NCBI GenBank assembly: GCA_963765005.1
Contig: CAVXUP010000008.1
Coordinates: 244,396-308,395 of the forward strand
Direction: 5' to 3'
Length of the DNA: 64,000 bases
From: an uncultured Bacteroidales bacterium
GTDB lineage: Bacteria > Bacteroidota > Bacteroidia > Bacteroidales > VadinHA17
Made by a program: the position numbers and the translations under genes. Positions within the stretch are counted from its first letter, which is position 1, and each line of letters begins with the position of its first letter. The notes beneath the pieces were generated by a model that had not been told where the DNA came from, ran no database searches, and was given only the letters and a program-made list of their open reading frames with translations. Positions 61,866 through 64,000 of this stretch are shown here, piece after piece.

Positions 61866-63284
61866 ATGGCAAGCCTAAGGTTCTTATTGGGATTGATCCC
61901 ATCAACTTCTAAAATTGAACAGACAGAAAAAACGCTGGTCAGTGAGTATGAAAAACTCCAGCAACTGGCATCTTCTGATAAGCTGGCATCGTATAACAAG
62001 CTTAAGGATCAGGTGGAAGCATCCGGTTTTATACAGAAGAAAAAGGAAGTAATCTCCCTTAAATATAAAAATTCACAGGAATACAGTAAAGAGAAAGAAT
62101 TTCTCTCTCTGCAGAAGGCAAAGGATATTGTGCTTTATTTTAAAACAATATCAGGGAGTGAACTCAAAAACTTCAGGCAGATGGAAGCCTCCGACAAAAT
62201 AAAGGGTTTTGAGGCGCTTGAGAAATTTATCTCATCCACCGACTTTAAAATGAAAAAGAAAAGCAATCCCAAACATTTTAAGGAGAGTGATGAATACAAG
62301 AAGCTTCTTGATTATAAGAATCTTAAAAGCAGTCCTGAAATCAAGGCTTTCTACAAGTTCAAGTCGTCGAAAGAGTATGCAAATTTTCTTAATACAGACA
62401 AATCAACACGCCTTGCAAAATACAATGAACTGAAGGAGTATGTTGCCTCCGGAGAATTTAAAGAAAAGAAAAGCTACCTCCTTGACACAAAAAGGTATGA
62501 GAAAACAGAGATGTTCCAGGAGGAGAAGGAGTATGAAGCTCTTAAGAAAAACGAAGATATTATCTGGTATTTCAAAACAAAGGACTCTGACAAGTTCAAC
62601 ATTCTGAAAAGCAGGGTGCTTACTTTTGGTGATGAGTTTGAGGGCGATAAGCTGGACACATCAAAATGGCTTACAAATTACTATTGGGGCGCGAAACTTC
62701 TGAAAGACAATTACTCAGTTGAATCAGACCTGCAGGCATATACTCCCAAAGATAATTTCGAGATCCGGAACAGTGTCCTTAAGATTACTACAAAATCCCA
62801 GAAGGTCACCGGGAAAGTATGGTCGGCCGATAAGGGTTTTTATATGAAGGAATTCGGCTATACATCAGGACTAATCAACTCAGGCAACAGCTTCAGGCAG
62901 AAATACGGTCTTTTCACAGCCAAGATAAAGCTTGGCGATCCAAATGCAAAAAACGCATTCTGGATGCTTGCCGATAAAATTACTCCGCATCTCGACATAT
63001 GCAGAACTTCACAGGGGAAAGTCTGGTTCGATTACTTCTCAGCCAGAGGCAACAAAGTACTTACATCTCTGGGTTCGCGCTACTCGGGTGACTTTTTCAT
63101 CTATTCCCTTGAATGGGCTCCCGACAGGCTTGTCTGGAAAATAAACAATACTGAGGTTTTCCGCCAGACAACAGATATCCCGCAGGAACCAATGTATGTG
63201 ATCTTTTCAGGCGGACTTGAAAAGCCAATTACATCCATAACATCAATGGAAATTGACTGGATAAGGATTTACCAGCCATTGTAA
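61866..63284 (+). CDS. GH16-like domain protein with an N-terminal helical repeat region and a degenerate catalytic motif
   Basis: F.DEF.G..LD..KW, YTSG, F.QKYG, AFWML, YSLEW.P..L.W, DWIRIYQ; HLDICR replaces EIDxxE. Confidence 0.85.
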   Translation: MASLRFLLGLIPSTSKIEQTEKTLVSEYEKLQQLASSDKLASYNKLKDQVEASGFIQKKKEVISLKYKNSQEYSKEKEFLSLQKAKDIVLYFKTISGSELKNFRQMEASDKIKGFEALEKFISSTDFKMKKKSNPKHFKESDEYKKLLDYKNLKSSPEIKAFYKFKSSKEYANFLNTDKSTRLAKYNELKEYVASGEFKEKKSYLLDTKRYEKTEMFQEEKEYEALKKNEDIIWYFKTKDSDKFNILKSRVLTFGDEFEGDKLDTSKWLTNYYWGAKLLKDNYSVESDLQAYTPKDNFEIRNSVLKITTKSQKVTGKVWSADKGFYMKEFGYTSGLINSGNSFRQKYGLFTAKIKLGDPNAKNAFWMLADKITPHLDICRTSQGKVWFDYFSARGNKVLTSLGSRYSGDFFIYSLEWAPDRLVWKINNTEVFRQTTDIPQEPMYVIFSGGLEKPITSITSMEIDWIRIYQPL

Positions 63285-63601
63285 AAACGCAATGCATTGC
63301 GTTTCTTCGGATAAACGCGATGCATCGCGTTTTTACCATGATATGTAGAGACGCAAAATTTTGCGTATCTTCGTGTTATTGGCATTTCATCATTGTAAGC
63401 ACAAAAGCAACCACCCTTTTCGTCACCAGAATCACAAATATAACCGTCAGTGTTATCATCCTTTTTTGTAATGTTTCTAAATAAGAAACAGATAAACCAC
63501 GGTTTTGTTGTGTGGAAACACAATGATTATTGTAAAAACGCAATGCATTGCGTTTAACCGTAAACATTATGTTGTAAAAACGCAATGCATTGCGTTTCTA
63601 C
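63281..63601. repeat. Cluster of five GTAG-type REP palindromes (GTARARACGCAATGCATTGCGTYTCTAC-like)
   Basis: Copies at 63281, 63309, 63345, 63532 and 63574; same family as 28710. Confidence 0.85.
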
Positions 63602-63984
63602 AATTGTGCCTCGGCCTTTAGAATATCAAAACGGTTTTTCAATTTCATGATCCGGCCGGCATATGCCGGGTCGCTGATCCTGTTATCCTTTTCAAGAGGG
63701 TCTTTTTCAAGATCAAAATACTCTTCAGTCTTGTAGTGAGGCCACCACAGGTATTTTTCGGTATGTGTAACAAGCGCCTCGGAGGAGGGGATCCGCTCCT
63801 CATTTGTCACAAATGGATGTTCGTAATAAAAGTCCTTTCTCCACTTTCCCGGTCTCCTTTTAAGATACAATCCTGAAAAATCAGCACCCTGCATCATAGC
63901 CGGCACCTCCTGTCCTGCAGCAGCAACAAGTGTTGGCGCAATATCGATATTCAGGACAAATTCGTCATTTACACCACCAGCCAT
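63598..63984 (-). CDS. Sulfatase, C-terminal part (continues beyond the right edge)
   Basis: NIDIAPT, MQG, WR.DFYYE, EYFDL..DP.E..N...DP. Confidence 0.85.
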   Translation of the reverse strand: MAGGVNDEFVLNIDIAPTLVAAAGQEVPAMMQGADFSGLYLKRRPGKWRKDFYYEHPFVTNEERIPSSEALVTHTEKYLWWPHYKTEEYFDLEKDPLEKDNRISDPAYAGRIMKLKNRFDILKAEAQL

Positions 63985-64000
63985 TTTTGAGGAAATCCTG

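Noticed and set aside
63269-63585. Small minus-strand ORFs between the REPs
   Set aside because: Largely built from REP sequence, with no recognisable motifs; a gene remnant cannot be excluded

Overview
The window is a 64-kb, mostly housekeeping chromosomal segment of a Bacteroidota (Bacteroidales-like) bacterium. The assignment rests on many TAnnTTTG promoters and on T9SS-type C-terminal domains. Recognisable genes include fba, tsaB, efp, tyrS, cvpA, ettA, yidD and an lmtA-like methyltransferase. It also holds yceD-rpmF-plsX-fabH, a complete H+-type F1Fo ATP synthase operon with a polyprenyl synthetase inserted between atpG and atpD, a LiaF/LytS/LytTR module, several MacB/LolCDE-type transport loci and two tRNAs (Gln-TTG, Arg-CCT). 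No cas, integrase or transposase gene is visible. The most unusual feature is a roughly 380-bp cassette at the tRNA-Arg locus. It runs promoter, degenerate 5' tRNA-Arg copy with a perfect 20-bp palindrome inserted in its D-arm, stand-alone GIY-YIG nuclease, intact tRNA-Arg, and the nuclease ORF stops inside the anticodon loop. Second is a cas-less array of 27-bp hairpin repeats with a period of about 53 bp (61196-61634). Intergenic DNA is crowded with several families of small palindromes and 7/8/9-mer tracts, some of which have been captured by coding sequences. Several genes have single +1 frameshifts that look like assembly errors. All product calls come from motif recognition only; no database searches were run.
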